From the NCBI RefSeq assembly GCF_006345805.1, contig NC_042998.1, positions 93,744,001 through 93,808,000 of the forward strand: a stretch of 64,000 nt of DNA. Direction: 5' to 3'. The notes below the pieces were generated by a model. The model was not told the origin of the DNA. It did no database searches and saw only the letters and a program-made list of their open reading frames with translations. Both the position numbers and the translations under genes were made by a program. The stretch comes from Octopus sinensis (Eukaryota). Positions 28,225-41,721 of this stretch are shown one piece after another (position 1 is the first letter of the stretch; each line of letters starts with the position of its first letter).

Positions 28225-29114
28225 CAGAGTGTTTCAAAAGATTTGATATCATTTGAAATGTAAATATCACAGAAACTACATAGTCAAAGCAAATGAAATT
28301 AAACAGGCTTAATGTTGAACAACATATAATTTATTCCTCCAAATTTGATTGAGAAATTCAAAGGTATGTGGATTCTATGAACGATTTCACAAATGTTCAA
28401 TATGCGCACTGTTTGAGACACATCACATGTCAAGTCGGTAGTCCAGCTCCTCCCAAACACGCAGCAGCACGTCTTGGGTAACAGTCTCCAGTGCGGTAGT
28501 GATTCTCTGCTCGAGTTCCTCTAGGTTTGCAGGAAGATGGGGTACACAGATCAGGCCCTACAGATAGCCCCATGTTTGCGCTTTTGCTTGCTATCTGCTG
28601 TTATGGCCTGAACAAGCTGCAGCTTGTAGGGTTTCATAAGCAAGCGTTTCCTCAGGACGCGCCAAACTGTCGTTGGAGGAATCTGGGTTTCCAGACCTGT
28701 TCTTCTTATGGACTTCTTGCGGCTTCACAAGAGGTTTTGGCAAACCCACTCGACTGTCTCTTCTGATACCAGTGGTTGTCTAGATCCTTTCACCCTGCAC
28801 AGACAGCCTTCCTCTTTGAATTTTTTGTGCCATGTCCAAATCTGCATTGCTGTTGGTGATTCTTTTAGAGAACTCTCTCACAAAGGCATGCTGCACAGTC
28901 TTATTCGACTGTGTTTGAGCATACTCCAACACACAAAACGCCTTTTCTCTTCCAGTGAATGCCATTTCTATACCTGAAACAATAAACATATCAAACATTA
29001 AACATAAAATTTTGACATGTTTCTACACATGCTGCTAAAATTTGAAGTCGTTTTAACAAGAACTGGGTAAGTTATTAGATTGCGAAATGATATCAAATTT
29101 TTTGAAACACCCTG
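28225..29114 (-). mobile_element. Internally deleted Tc1/mariner-superfamily element (DUF4817-type HTH)
   Basis: TIRs CAGRGTGTTTCAAAA.ATTTGATATCATTT with TA duplication; MAFTGREKAFCVLEYAQTQSNKTVQHAF. Confidence 0.88.
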
Positions 29115-29120
29115 TATATA

Positions 29121-29161
<41 letters not shown>

Positions 29162-29204
29162 CATGTTATTATTTAATTGAACGCCACGCATCTATTCCCA
29201 AGTA

Positions 29205-29247
<43 letters not shown>

Positions 29248-29717
29248 TATATATATATACGACGGGCTTCTTTCATTTTCTATCTACCAAATCCACTCAC
29301 AAGCCTTTGGTTGGCCCGAGGCTATGCTAGAAGACACTTTCCCAAGGGGTCACGCAGTGGGACTGAACCCGGAACCATGTGGTTGGTAAGCAACCTACTT
29401 ATCACACATCCACCTCTTCGCCTATATATATACGTCATCAGTCGTTCATGTATCCGAAAAAGAGGCACACTCTAAAGCATTTGACCAGCAATATATTTTT
29501 TAGGAAGGTAATGTGATGTCCAGTCATAGACCGATCATTGGTCTCGAATCTATAAAGCGCTAACCAGTATAGATGACTCGTCAGACTCAAATGAACGAAT
29601 GACAAGTCACTTATACTGTTAAGTGCTTTATAGGTGCGAAATCAATGATCACTCAACGACAGGCCAAACATTTAACTTCCTAATATATACCAAGGCTACT
29701 GAATTTATATATATATA

Positions 29718-29746
29718 CTAGCAAACGCACCCGTCCCTTGGACGGT
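29718..29746 (-). mobile_element. Helitron-like 3' terminus
   Basis: Minus strand: hairpin CCGTCC-AAG-GGACGG, 9 nt, then CTAG|T. The 5' end was not located. Confidence 0.55.
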
Positions 29747-30264
29747 CTAAGTTGCTTTGGTGGCATTTTTTTCACCAAATAATTGAACTACCGAGAAGGT
29801 TTATGAGTAGCATGGCAATCTATGTTTACGATTAACCTAGGAACGGAAAATCAAATTGAAGGCTGGTTATTATGGAGGTCGTAGTACTTTAATGATCATA
29901 AAACATATAAGTTTGCAAGCGATGCCAAGTAGAGCTACTGAAGTATTTTGGGAGTAGATTACGGATAATGACTACACAATATAGTTGTTGTGTCTAAAGT
30001 AATGTGTGTCTAAAGTTTGGTGAAAATCGGTAATTGTAATGTTCATAAAGTTCATTTAGCGCTTTCATACATTCGTAGTAATCATCAGAATTGAAAATGT
30101 ATTTAATTGACAGTTGAGTTCTTGACAACTGCAGTAAAATTACTAAATCCTTCCTTTTTGTACCTCTTAGAAGGCTCCAACAAGCCGAAGTTTTGGAATA
30201 TGGTTTTGATCAATCTGCATGCAGCTTAAACGTCACGGTTTTCTGGGCGTACCGACATTACTGG

Positions 30265-31172
30265 TGTAAGAAATAGGATCACGCTTGGTCGTATCGTGTA
30301 GGAAATACGATTGCACGCGGTTCTACTCTTAACGAATTATTCAAAGCCATAAAATACATACAAACGATAATAGGACATAAGTGAATTGACACAAGTCTTC
30401 TGTTGGTAGATAAATATTATTTATTTTACATATTTTACAATCATGTGGATTCTAAGAGTTCGTAAGCGTTAGCATGTTTTGTGTCTGTGTGTTCGGGTGG
30501 CGTGAAGCATACCCAAAGGTACTGAACATAGAATTAAGAATGGCATTTAGTTTACTGTTCATAGGGCAAGATGCTGGAATCTACTCGAGAGGCTTTCAGT
30601 GTTTGTATAGATTAGCGTAGCAACAGGTAGTAGCAGAGACAATCGCATATCTCTAAGTTGAGCAGCAGGGGCCTAAGTTAGTTCTTAGAAGAACTGGAAC
30701 CCAAGACTTAAGTGTCTGTGAACCCTGCTTTATATACTGTTCGGTTGGCTCACCGAACTCCAGAAAATGGAATTTTAACCGAAAGTCTTGATTGGCTGAT
30801 TCGCAATTATGGCGCGAAATAAGTCGAGACAATTCGCGTCACGTGTCCATCAGTGGCGCGGACTTCGTAGGGACCCTCGTGTCACATGTCAACCAGTGGG
30901 GCGAAATAAGTCGAGACAATTCGCGTCACGTGTGCATCAGTGGCGCGGACTTCGTAGGGTCCCTCGTGTCACATGTCAAACAGTGGCGCGAAACACGTAG
31001 AGACCACTCGTGTCACCTGTCAGCCAATCAAGTTAGTGTTTAGAACAAGAACAAGTTGACCAAAGATGGTTGTAACCTCAAACGAGATCATTTCTGCCTT
31101 GCCCTTCACACAGTCAAGATATTAACAATCGCTATGGTCATATTTTAAAAAGGCTGAAATTGCCACGCTACA
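30265..31172 (-). mobile_element. Solo LTR (Gypsy-like, 4-bp TSD)
   Basis: TGTA...TACA ends; CTGG duplicated at 30261-30264 and 31173-31176; on the minus strand CCAAT (about 30790), TATATAAAG (about 30730) and AATAAA (about 30420) occur in U3-R order. Confidence 0.75.
30811..31020. repeat. 87-bp tandem repeat (about 2.4 copies) in the LTR U3 region
   Basis: gcgaaa recurs at 30814, 30901 and 30988. Confidence 0.9.
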
Positions 31173-31472
31173 CTGGCATAGATCCTGCCTTTATTTTAAC
31201 CAATTAGCTTACGGTTTACATGTAATGGTTTTATGAGTGAGCAAGCCTAGTTGGTTTCAATCGTTTTTTATTTCAGTTGGCGGGAGTCTTCTGTAATTTG
31301 TTTATATTAATATGTTAACGACATATTTTTTAATCCACATCATTAACTGGTTGTTATATCATTGTTGTTATTTCCGTTCAGAACAGGTTTTAACATTTTA
31401 ATATGTTGCAACCATATAACCTAAAGGTAACCACATAGCCTAAAAAAACTATTAGCAAAAGCAAAATTCGAC

Positions 31473-31886
31473 ATGAACAGGATAAAGCATTCACAGTATC
31501 CAAGTGTAATGATAACAGATGTGAAACGTGTCAATACATGCATACTGGTAGATCCATCAGAACAAAAAAATGGACAGATTTTCGCAAATGTAGATATGAA
31601 CTGGAAAAGCAGAAATTTGATCTATTGTACTAAATACCTGAATTGCGAGGAACTATATATTGGCGAAACAGGGAATGCGTTATCGGAACGCTCACAAGTC
31701 CACAGACAACAAATCCGGAACACTAATGTTCACCAAATACTATTGAGCGAACATATAGAAACACGTGGTTAGAAAATGTTCCTAATTTTTCATTTCCACA
31801 AACTACATAACACAAGTAAGGTTGGAAGAAATATGAAAGAAAAACGGTTTATTAAAATGTTCACACCTGTTCTAACAACCAGTTAA
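31473..31886 (+). mobile_element. Penelope-like element GIY-YIG endonuclease fragment (pseudogenised)
   Basis: SRNLIYCTKYLNCEELYIGETGNALSERSQVHRQQIR...LSEHIE*...KEKRFIKMFTP; one in-frame stop. Confidence 0.85.
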
Positions 31887-32113
31887 TGATGTTTTAACTT
31901 TATTCAACTGATATATTATTCTATACACATTTACACAAATTCGGAAAAGACATACATACATACATACATACATACATACATACATACATACATACATACA
32001 TACATACATACATACATACATACATACATACATACATACATTATATTATATTATATTACGGAGATGTACTCGCATAGCAAGTGATTTGATCTGAGATCGT
32101 GTGCTGAAACGAA

Positions 32114-32287
32114 AACAATTGCAGCGTGGAAGGTGTTTGAAGCCATTTAAGAAACACACAAAAGCCGTTCGATTCACTTCAACATTTAAGTTTATTTTTA
32201 CAAATTAAACTTAAATGTTGAAGTGAATCGAACGGCTTTTGTGTGTTTCTTAAATGGCTTACAAAAACCTTCCACGCTGCAATTGTT
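32114..32287. repeat. Near-perfect palindrome with ~80-bp arms
   Basis: aacaattgcagcgtggaagg...aacatttaagttta and taaacttaaatgtt...ccttccacgctgcaattgtt. Confidence 0.95.
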
Positions 32288-32594
32288 ATATTATATTATA
32301 TTATATTATATTATATTATATATGTATAATGGGATAAGGAAAAGTGACTTGAACTAGTGTAACAGCAAATCTTTGTTGCTCTTATCAAGCTGAGAGAGGG
32401 AGCTGTGAAGGAAGTAGATTCTATAGGTATAATAATTTAAAGTAAAGCTGAACGATAGAATGATGCCTCAACAACGAAGTTGGATCAGTAAATTGAATAA
32501 GAATCTTTAGTTTGAATATTAATAAGAGATGGTTAGTAATAGCAAGAAGTGCTCCTGTGAAGGTTTATTTTTGTTTATTTTCAGGCTCTTAAAT

Positions 32595-33275
32595 AATAGT
32601 TTCAAATTTTGGCGCAACCAGCAACTTGGGGTTAAGGGGATCAGTCAATAACACTGACTCTAGTATTTGACAGATGCTTATTTTATCGACTTCGAAAGGA
32701 TTAAAGACAAAATCGACATGAGCAGAATTTGAACTCAGTTCGTTAAAGAGCCGTAAGAAATGCCCTTAAGCAGTTTGTATGATTCACTATCGATTCTGTT
32801 AGCTTGCCTCTTTAGGCTAAAAAATAATCCTATTCTACTATGGGCACAAGGCTTAACCTATTTTAGAGGAGGGGGGGGGCTAATCGATTATATCGACCTC
32901 AATGCTCAACTGGTACTTATTTTATCGATCCTGAAAGGACGAAAGGCAGAGTCAACCTCGGCAGAATTTGAATTCAGAACATAGAGACGATCGAAATGCC
33001 GCTAAATATTTTTCCCAAAGTAATATTGATTCTACCAGTTCGACACCTTTTTAGGCTCTAAAATAATGATTTCAAACTTTGGCACAAGGCTCGTAATTTT
33101 AAGAGTAGGGGTAAGTCGATTACATCAACCCTTATGCTCAATTGGAGCTTATTTTATCGATCTCGAGAGGATGAAAGGCAAAGTCAACCTCGGCGGAATT
33201 TGAACTCAGAACGTAAAGACGTTCTAATCATTTTACCCGTCATGCTAACGATTCTACAGGTTCGCCGCCTTTTTA
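32595..33275 (-). mobile_element. Three tandem, diverged S1-type SINE copies
   Basis: tttatcga...aaagga..aaaggcaaagtcaacctcggc.gaatttgaactcag three times at about 235-bp spacing, each followed by tttaggctctaaaataat-like sequence. Confidence 0.8.
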
Positions 33276-33391
33276 GGATCTAAAATAATGAAGCCGAAAT
33301 TGCTTTACCTCATGTCTTTGTCATCACATACATATATTCTTATAATGCTGACATTAACCGATGGCGTTCAAAATGTATGTTTATGTACACT

Positions 33392-33446
<55 letters not shown>

Positions 33447-35404
33447 CATATGTATGTATGTATGTATGTATATGAATTACCAATCTTCTATGTATTTTTA
33501 ATTTTAATTTCGAATGCACATAGCCGTTACGTATGATCTGTCTCAAAAATACAGTCATTTCCCCCTCTTGTGAATTTGTAAAATCCCTATATTCTACAAC
33601 CACTACAAAGCTTCTGATTCGCGAACAATGCAAGTCTTCTATCCTGCAATCATTGTAGGTGTTCTCCCCAAAATAAACTCTGACAGAATGTCCGTGGTTT
33701 CAAGTAACCATCAAGCAAAGCCGATCTCTATAACCAAGGACTTTTGTTGACATATGTCTCCATATCTAAACATCTGTTACTACTGTCTGATTTAGACTAA
33801 CAAGTATGAAACTTGTATATCTAAATTTGACTAAGTAACAAGCGAGTTTCCCTACGCTTGCTCGACCAGCTACAAAATACAACTAAAGTTCCCATAAACC
33901 TCAAAGATAATGCAATCTTAAACATACACTTAAGAAGATAAGTATTAACTGGCAAACTTTTAATCAAGTTTTATCCGGATCTAAATATCGACAACCACTT
34001 ATCTATATTTGATTATCTAGTGTGTATACATACACTCGTTTGTAACTGGACTGCGGCCATACTAGGGCACTACAAGAGAAGGGTTTAGCGGAGAAAATCG
34101 ACCTCAATAGTTACATTCTTTTCAAGTCTGGTACTTATTCTATGGGTCGCTTGTGCTGAATTGCTAAATTGTCGAGGACGTAAGTAAACCAACACCGATT
34201 ATCAAGCGGGAATTGAGGGTACCAGACAAACACATACACACATTTATGTGTGCGTATATATATGAATACACACACACACACACACGTATGTACGTATGAA
34301 TACAATTAAGAACATCTCTATGTGAGAAGGGGAGTCCAACGACTGTCTTTTATCTTCAGACAATAAGCCTTTCCTTTTTCTTAATGGCATGCCAACTTTG
34401 GAGAATTCTTGATTCATGAGATGATTATCTCACCTTCTCATATAGTTACTAAGGGACTTCTCTCGGCTTAGTTCATTTTGATACATGCATACATAAATAT
34501 ATCGATACATACCAACATGTATGTGTGTGTGTAATCACACGCGCGCTCATATGCACACATACACACACATATACTAGTTGGTTCACTGACGATTCGGATT
34601 ATAAAACATTGAAGCTGATTTCAACATTGCATTGAAATGAAAATTAATTTATGATAATTCAATTAAATATTTCAGTTCGTTCGTGTCATCATAGATCTGG
34701 TTTACAAGTCCATGTTTAAGGTTTTATTGATTATTTACAGCATCTAATAGAAATAGAACTTGAACTCCAGTAACATCATTTATTCATAGTATATGTGCAC
34801 ACTTCTACAAAAATACAAAAGGAATTGTTATATAACGTAAACATAAAATTAATGGAAACAATTTTCCTATTTCAGGGTTATGTTACTTTCGGAATATTTT
34901 CCCATTATGCACCATTTTGGCTATTTATGAAGGTACCCCTAACAACCGCCTATCTCGGGAATCCGTGGTCCGATTTACGCGAAATTTGTTTTATTTCGTT
35001 TGTATTAATATTTCAGGTGTATCTTACTTTCAGAGTATTTTCCCATTATGAGCCGGTTTGGTTGTTCTAAATGACAGATAAGCACGCACACAATCATGCA
35101 TACAAACAAAACTGGCATAACTACAGATGATAACACCCACTGACTTTGTTACCTCATAACTTCCAGAAAAATGGATACTTTTTAACGAAATTTTCAACAA
35201 ATACCGCTTAGATTATATGGATTCAGAATATATAGGGACTTATGGGAAAGAGTTTTTCGAGGGGGTGGGGAGAGGAGTTTCGGAAAATTCACACGATCCG
35301 ACTTTTTTCCCTCATAACTTTCAGAAAATGGATATCTTTCAATGAAATCTTATACAAATATCTTTCAAATGGCACAGATTACGATTATAAAGAAATTTGT
35401 GGGG

Positions 35405-36517
35405 GAAATTTTTTCCGAGGGGGTGGGGAGAGGAATCTCGAAAAACGAAGTTTCGGATCTGGAATTAATCCGTTTTGACGGGGATTTGCCCACTTTTTTT
35501 CAAACCACAGCCTTGAAAACGAAGTGAGCGGGGAACAACTTATGAAAAAAAGTTTTAAGTTCTTTTTTAAAAAAACCCATTCCTTCATCCCACTCCAGAC
35601 CGATTTTGGCCATTTTTTTTTTCGCACTTCAAAACCATGGAAGGAACCCTTTCGGTAAAAAAATAGAAAAAATAATATTGTTAATATTTTCAGTTGTTTC
35701 TAGCACATCCCAAGACAACTCTCCTCGTTTCTTTCTCACTCTCGAATGTATTGATGTTTTTCAATATTTTTCTCCCAATAAATACATTTATATGCTATAA
35801 AAAATATTGGAAAAATTATGATTTTTTTTTGCAACCCCACTCTCTGCCCCCGATTGTTTCTGTTTATAAATTAAATATTGGAGAGCCTGAGAAGGTCATT
35901 GCTGGCATTTATCCACAGTGGTATGTAAACGATAATTCAGTTTAATAGCATTGTTTCCAGTTAGAAAATGTTTTATCTTGCACGCACACACAGCTTCGTT
36001 TGATTGAGGTGGGAATAAAAATTTAAATTGCAATTTTTTTGTTGTTGCTTACATTCAACCAACGGATCACGCGTGTGTTACTTCGGCATCATTATCCCAT
36101 AAAATGTGTGTAATGGGAGAAAAATATTAAGAAAACGTCAATACATGTGAGAGTGAAAATGGAATGTGGTTTGGGATCTGCTGGAAACAACGGTCAGATC
36201 GCCCTTGAATCATACACCTTTTCCTCTGAAAATATTTACAATTCCCCCTTTCTTTTTTTACCGAAAAGGTTCCTCCCATAGTTTTTAAGTTAAAAATATT
36301 GGCCAAAATCGGTGTGGAGTAGAACAGTGAGGAATTTCAAAAATTTCAAAACTTTATTTTCATATAAAAGATGCTCCCCAAAATTTCGAAGGCTGCGTTG
36401 AAATAAAGAATTGGAAAAATCCCCGTGAAAACGACGTAGTTCCAACTTATTTGGTTTTCTGATCCGAAACTACGTTTTTTCGAAACTCCTCTCCACACCC
36501 CGTCGGAAAAAAAATTT
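35405..36517. repeat. Diverged inverted repeat, arms about 35405-35780 and 36112-36517
   Basis: Examples: accgattttggcca / tggccaaaatcggt, ttcggtaaaaaaa / tttttttaccgaa, gtttcggatc / gatccgaaac, in colinear inverted order. Confidence 0.8.
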
Positions 36518-36726
36518 CTTTAACTTCAGAACGGAAGTCTTCGGACCGTGCTTGCATTTCAGGAAATTCCTACTGGTCTATTGGAACCCACAGGATAAAA
36601 GGGTCACTGGTAATCAATAGCCGAAGGGAGACAACCCCCTGTTGTTGACATTAAATAGCGAGGTCATTTCTTCATCCATATTCTAGAGAGGCCACTCACT
36701 AGAGAGGCTTTAAACCAACAGGTTTT

Positions 36727-36787
36727 GGGATCTGATGATACGCCGTAAAGCTAAGCGCTTCATGGGCGTGAAGCCAAACGTAATCCC
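36727..36787 (+). ncRNA. Type I hammerhead motif, GAAG variant
   Basis: GGGAU CUGAUGA U ACGCC...GGCGU GAAG C CAAAC GUA AUCCC; stems I and II pair perfectly. Confidence 0.6.
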
Positions 36788-36883
36788 ATAAACCAGCCAA
36801 TTCTAAATTTTTTACATTATATACTAGTCCATAACTTAGAGTGTTCTTTTTCGGATTTACGTTCTACTGACTATCGATATATG

Positions 36884-36930
<47 letters not shown>

Positions 36931-37073
36931 TGTGTGTGTGTGTGTGTGTAGTCAATTCAAAAAACAAACAATTAAAAAACACACACAAAAAAAGAAAAAA
37001 AACGAACGCGAGAACGTGCATAAGCAATATATTCTTTTGACGTTCGGTGAAAGGAGAGTTCTTAACATTTTGA

Positions 37074-37116
<43 letters not shown>

Positions 37117-37176
37117 CATATGTATGTATATATACGCATATAAACACACACACACATACACACACACACACACACT

Positions 37177-37232
<56 letters not shown>

Positions 37233-37706
37233 GCCTCATACGCATGTAGTGACAGACATTATGTCACTACTACCTTTCCTCATTTTCTTTCAGCTCTCTT
37301 GTATTGTTGGAGGCGTAGTGGATAAGACGATGAAAGCATACATGTCTATTAGCAACGGATGTTTTGACAACAAATCCAAGCAATGCCTTGAAGTTCTATC
37401 AGCAGTAGCTATAGCGATAGAGTTAATCATGATAGCTATAGCAACAGGCTCAATAACAAGGAGAAATGAAGTTTTAATAAATAAAACAGACAAGATGCTA
37501 AAATAAACAGCAAAAACAACAACAACAACAACAACAACAATAACAACACGGTGAACTAGCTGAGTCATTAGAGTCGGATAGAATCTCACGTGTTGGCATT
37601 TGTTCTGAGTCTTTCTATTAATTAGTGTATGCATGTATGTATGTATGTATGTATGTATGTATGTATGTATGTATGTATGTATGTCAGTATGGATGGATGG
37701 ATGGAT

Positions 37707-38419
37707 CAGTGGTGGCTCGTGTACAGGCACTGTGGAAATGCAGTACCCCATATTTCCACTCGATATAATCGATAACATTCAATATAATGAATCTTTTTTC
37801 TTTAATTCTTTCTTATACTTGTACATTTATATAAAATCCTTAAGCTTAATGTCAGTAGCCATCCCCTAGTTTATGAAAAAAATATAAAAATCCTTGTATA
37901 GAATTGTATACTTCACATTTCCAGCGACGCGATGTTTGGCTGTTGTACGCATGCTCATATGTCCGAGATAGGAAGCTCCTCGCTAGGGAGAGAGAGAGAG
38001 AGAGAGCACTGTCGTTCATGCAAAGCTGATCCTGGTGTGCTGGTGAAAAGTAGTGTTTCTTTTTGACTCCGCGTGTGTTGTGCTTAAAAACATGTTTATA
38101 TTCTTGAATGTGATAAAGTGTAGAATTAGATTATTATCCTGCTTCCAGTTTCAGTGTTGCTGCCAGGATTTGAAAACTAGGGCAGATTTTCCCCACTTAT
38201 TTTGTGATTTAGGGGGTATATTTTGAAAAACAAGGAGGAATTCACGGCGGTGTTCAGTGAACAAATTAAACACACTACTCGGCAGTGGCTAAGACACGAA
38301 CCGATCAAGTTCATGTATAAATATTCTTTTTATATGTTTGTTTCCTTTTACGCAATATTAAAACAGCTAAACATTTTCTGAAGCAGCACCCCACTAATTT
38401 TATCTACGAGCTGCCACTG
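37707..38419. mobile_element. Non-autonomous hAT element
   Basis: TIRs CAGTGGTGGCTCGT / ACGAGCTGCCACTG; 8-bp TSD ggatggat / gtatggat. Confidence 0.8.
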
Positions 38420-38444
38420 GTATGGATGTATGCATGGATGTTTA

Positions 38445-38700
38445 GTAATCCCTCGACTATCGCGGGTGTTACATTCCCAAAACCCCGCGATAGGTGAAAG
38501 TCTGCGAAGCAGAAACTGTACTGTACTGTGTATTTTTTTTATTATCTTTTAAAATTTGTATTATAAATGTATCATAATTTGTATTATAAATGCAAAACAA
38601 CACCACAGGAAAATCGATGTAGACTTAAATAATAAACCACGGTAGGTGAACCGCAATAGGCAAACCATGATAAATGAACCGCGAGATGGTGAAGGATTAT
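38445..38700. mobile_element. Tigger/pogo-like MITE, diverged
   Basis: Ends agtaatccctcgactatcgcgg and ccgcgagatggtgaaggatta. Confidence 0.55.
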
Positions 38701-39763
38701 GTATGTATGTATGGATGGAGGGATGGAAGGATTGATGGAGGGTCGGACGGATGGATGGACACTTTCTTTTTCCCTTTTTAATTTAGAGTTAATCTTGATC
38801 GGTCACCGACATGGTAGCAAAGTTGTAAAGGAAAGTTTCTTGTTTATTCGTAATCTTATTTATCTTAAGAAGGTCTTACCCATCCTTATTGTCTTAGATA
38901 TCGCGATCATTTGTAGTGTGTGAATCAAGGAGTTGCTTACCCTCCTCAAGAGTTCAAGTTCAGTCATGCTTTACTCTAGGCGGGTTGATATGAAGCTGAA
39001 AGTGTATCATGGATACTGGATTTGCAAACTCCTTAGCAAGGGTCTATAGATGTCCTTTTTCTTCAATATTCATCATACCACATTAATGTCTTGAGGGCAG
39101 CTATTTCTAAAACAAAATATATTGGAGAATAAAGCTGATGCTCTAGAAACGAGTACGCAAAACTGCTTACTGGGCAGAGGCAAAAGAGACACTACATGTC
39201 ACACACAAATTTTTATCTTTGTCAGATGATGACAGTCTTGTGGTACCTAACTCGGAATAGGTCTTTCGTCAGTACTTTGTAGAAATGTATGGATGAAGTG
39301 GTGGGTTGGATACGACTGATAAAAATGTCTACCGTGTAAGTTTTTAATGAAGCCCAATAGAAGAAGTAAAATAATGTAAGAGGCTTAAAATAATAGCCAT
39401 AGGTAAACAGAAATACGTGAGATGTCATATGACATAAAAAAAAAGTTAACCTCCCCGCTGAAAGACCGATGTGATCAAGGAAAACATACGTAGCTTTAAA
39501 ATGAAAACTCTATTCACATAACTACACTCCATACAAAACTAGGTGCTGTGTTCAGCTAGGAGAGCGCCATTGGTCTTGAGAAGCATCTATAAACCTGAAA
39601 CAATTTGTTTTCTGGGCCGAAACAGTTAAGAACAATCGGCATTATATAAAATACATCTCAGGGCTCGCACTAATGTGGATCAATCGAGACTGATGCAGTT
39701 ATGAAGGCTAATTAATAGTTGTGTTCAAAGTGACTATCTGCGAGTGACCTTTATGGTCTGTAT

Positions 39764-39964
39764 CAGTGCTTTTCAAACTTTTTGCTGGAGCGGAACCCCA
39801 AGGAAACATTCCACTGGCTCGAGGAACCCCTGTGCAATAATTTAATAGTCTTATGCACACATATCTGCACAGGAGAATTAAAAGCTACTGCCGATTTTAG
39901 CAGTTTTGTAACTTCTTGCGGAACCCCTGGACTGTACTGGCGGAACCCTGGTTTAAAACCACTG
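39764..39964. mobile_element. hAT MITE
   Basis: CAGTG...CACTG ends; perfect 8-bp TSD gtctgtat (39756-39763 and 39965-39972). Confidence 0.92.
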
Positions 39965-40347
39965 GTCTGTATAATTAAACTACATTTGCATGTTGGGCGG
40001 TCGACTAGCAAAATTGATAGCAGACAAACACCTGGTGGCATCTGTTTCGGTTCTTGTGCGTTCTAAATTCAAGTTATCTCCAGATCAACTTCGGCTTTCA
40101 TCCTTCCAAATTCGATAAAATAATGTTCCAATTAAGTACTTGAATCAATTTCACCCACCCACCCATCCTTTCTTTCTTCTTTTTGATGAACACCCGAGGG
40201 ATCATTCACGGTATTCTTTTCCTGCTAGACAAACCCTTACGTTCTTTCGCAGTGGAATAAAATTATCATCAAGGCTCTGCTTAAAGGGTTCGCAACACTG
40301 TGATGAGAATATCACCAGTTAGATTTCTCGGAATATTAATATATAAC

Positions 40348-40540
40348 AGTTGGCAGAGTTGTTAGCACGACCAGACAAAATGCTATGTCGGCATTTCGTC
40401 CGTCTTTACATTATGAGTTCAAATTCCGCCGAGGTCAACTTTCGGGGTTGATAAAAATGTACCAGTTGAGCACTGGGGTCGATATAATCGATGTATCCTC
40501 CTCACCACAAATTTGCTGGCCTTATGCTAAAACTTGAAAC
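40348..40540 (+). mobile_element. S1 SINE, diverged
   Basis: gagttcaaattccgccgaggtcaac...gcactggggtcgat. Confidence 0.75.
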
Positions 40541-40974
40541 TGTATGAAACAGATTTTAGTTGGTATTTCAAATAGCTCTACCTGTTTACAGGTAGCGAAT
40601 TAGCAAAACCATTAGATCGTCGCACAACATACCTTGCAGCATTTGTTCCGACTCATTACGTCTTGTGTTTCCACCATGCTGAGCTTAACTTAGTTTTTCT
40701 TTTTCCGGTGTCGATATAAAAAAAACAACTGTTCAGGGTGGAGACCAGGTAAAATTGTTGGAACGTTAAACCACATTTTGTGTTTATTTATTCCTCGTCT
40801 ATTTATGTTCTGAGCGCTCAAGCAGACATGACGAACTTGTCGTTCTTTGATAAGCTCGTAACGTTGTAAAGGAAGTTACCTGGAATCATTCGATGACCCA
40901 ATGGTGTAGAAAGAATACCTGTTTAGGCTTGTAGCATATCTGTAACAATAGATTGTGTTTTATGCATGCGTAAG

Positions 40975-41006
<32 letters not shown>

Positions 41007-41274
41007 TGCAATTCATCACTTTTTAATAGGGAATGCATACAAGCATTTCATAATTAATTATCTTACGATATCACATCATTGCTTTTTCAATCTTACATAA
41101 CCATTTGTGTGCCTGTGTGTGTGTGTGTGTGTGCGTGTGTGTGTACACATAAACTTATGAAGCTTACATAAAGGTTAGAATATATCTCCATATAAATGAT
41201 TTATTAATCTTTGTATATGCGCAGGCATAGTTTTGTGGTGAGGACGTTCGATTCGCAACTAAACGGTTTTGGGG

Positions 41275-41639
41275 TGCTGGAGCACCGCCTTTAATCGAGC
41301 AACTCGACCCTGGGACTTATTCTTTTGTAAGCCCAGTACTTATTCTATCGGTCTCTTTTGCTGAACCGCTAGGTAATGGGGACATAAACACACCAGCATC
41401 GGTTGTCATGCAATGCTAGGGGGACAAACACAGACACACAAACACACACACACAAATATATATATATACATATATACGACGGGCTTCTTTCAGTTTCCGT
41501 CTACCAAATCCACTCACAAGGCTTTGGTCGGCCCGAGCTATAGTAGAAGACACTTGCCCAAGGTGCTACGCAGTGGGACTGAACCCGGGACCATGTGGTT
41601 GGTAAACAAGCTACTTACCACAAAGCCAATCCTGCGCCT
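41275..41639 (-). mobile_element. S2 tRNA-derived SINE
   Basis: Colinear with 47520-47921. Confidence 0.88.
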
Positions 41640-41641
41640 CC

Positions 41642-41721
<80 letters not shown>

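Noticed and set aside
39226-39335. Possible exon bounded by cAG and GTAAG
   Set aside because: All three frames contain stops; could only be non-coding, and there is no support for that.
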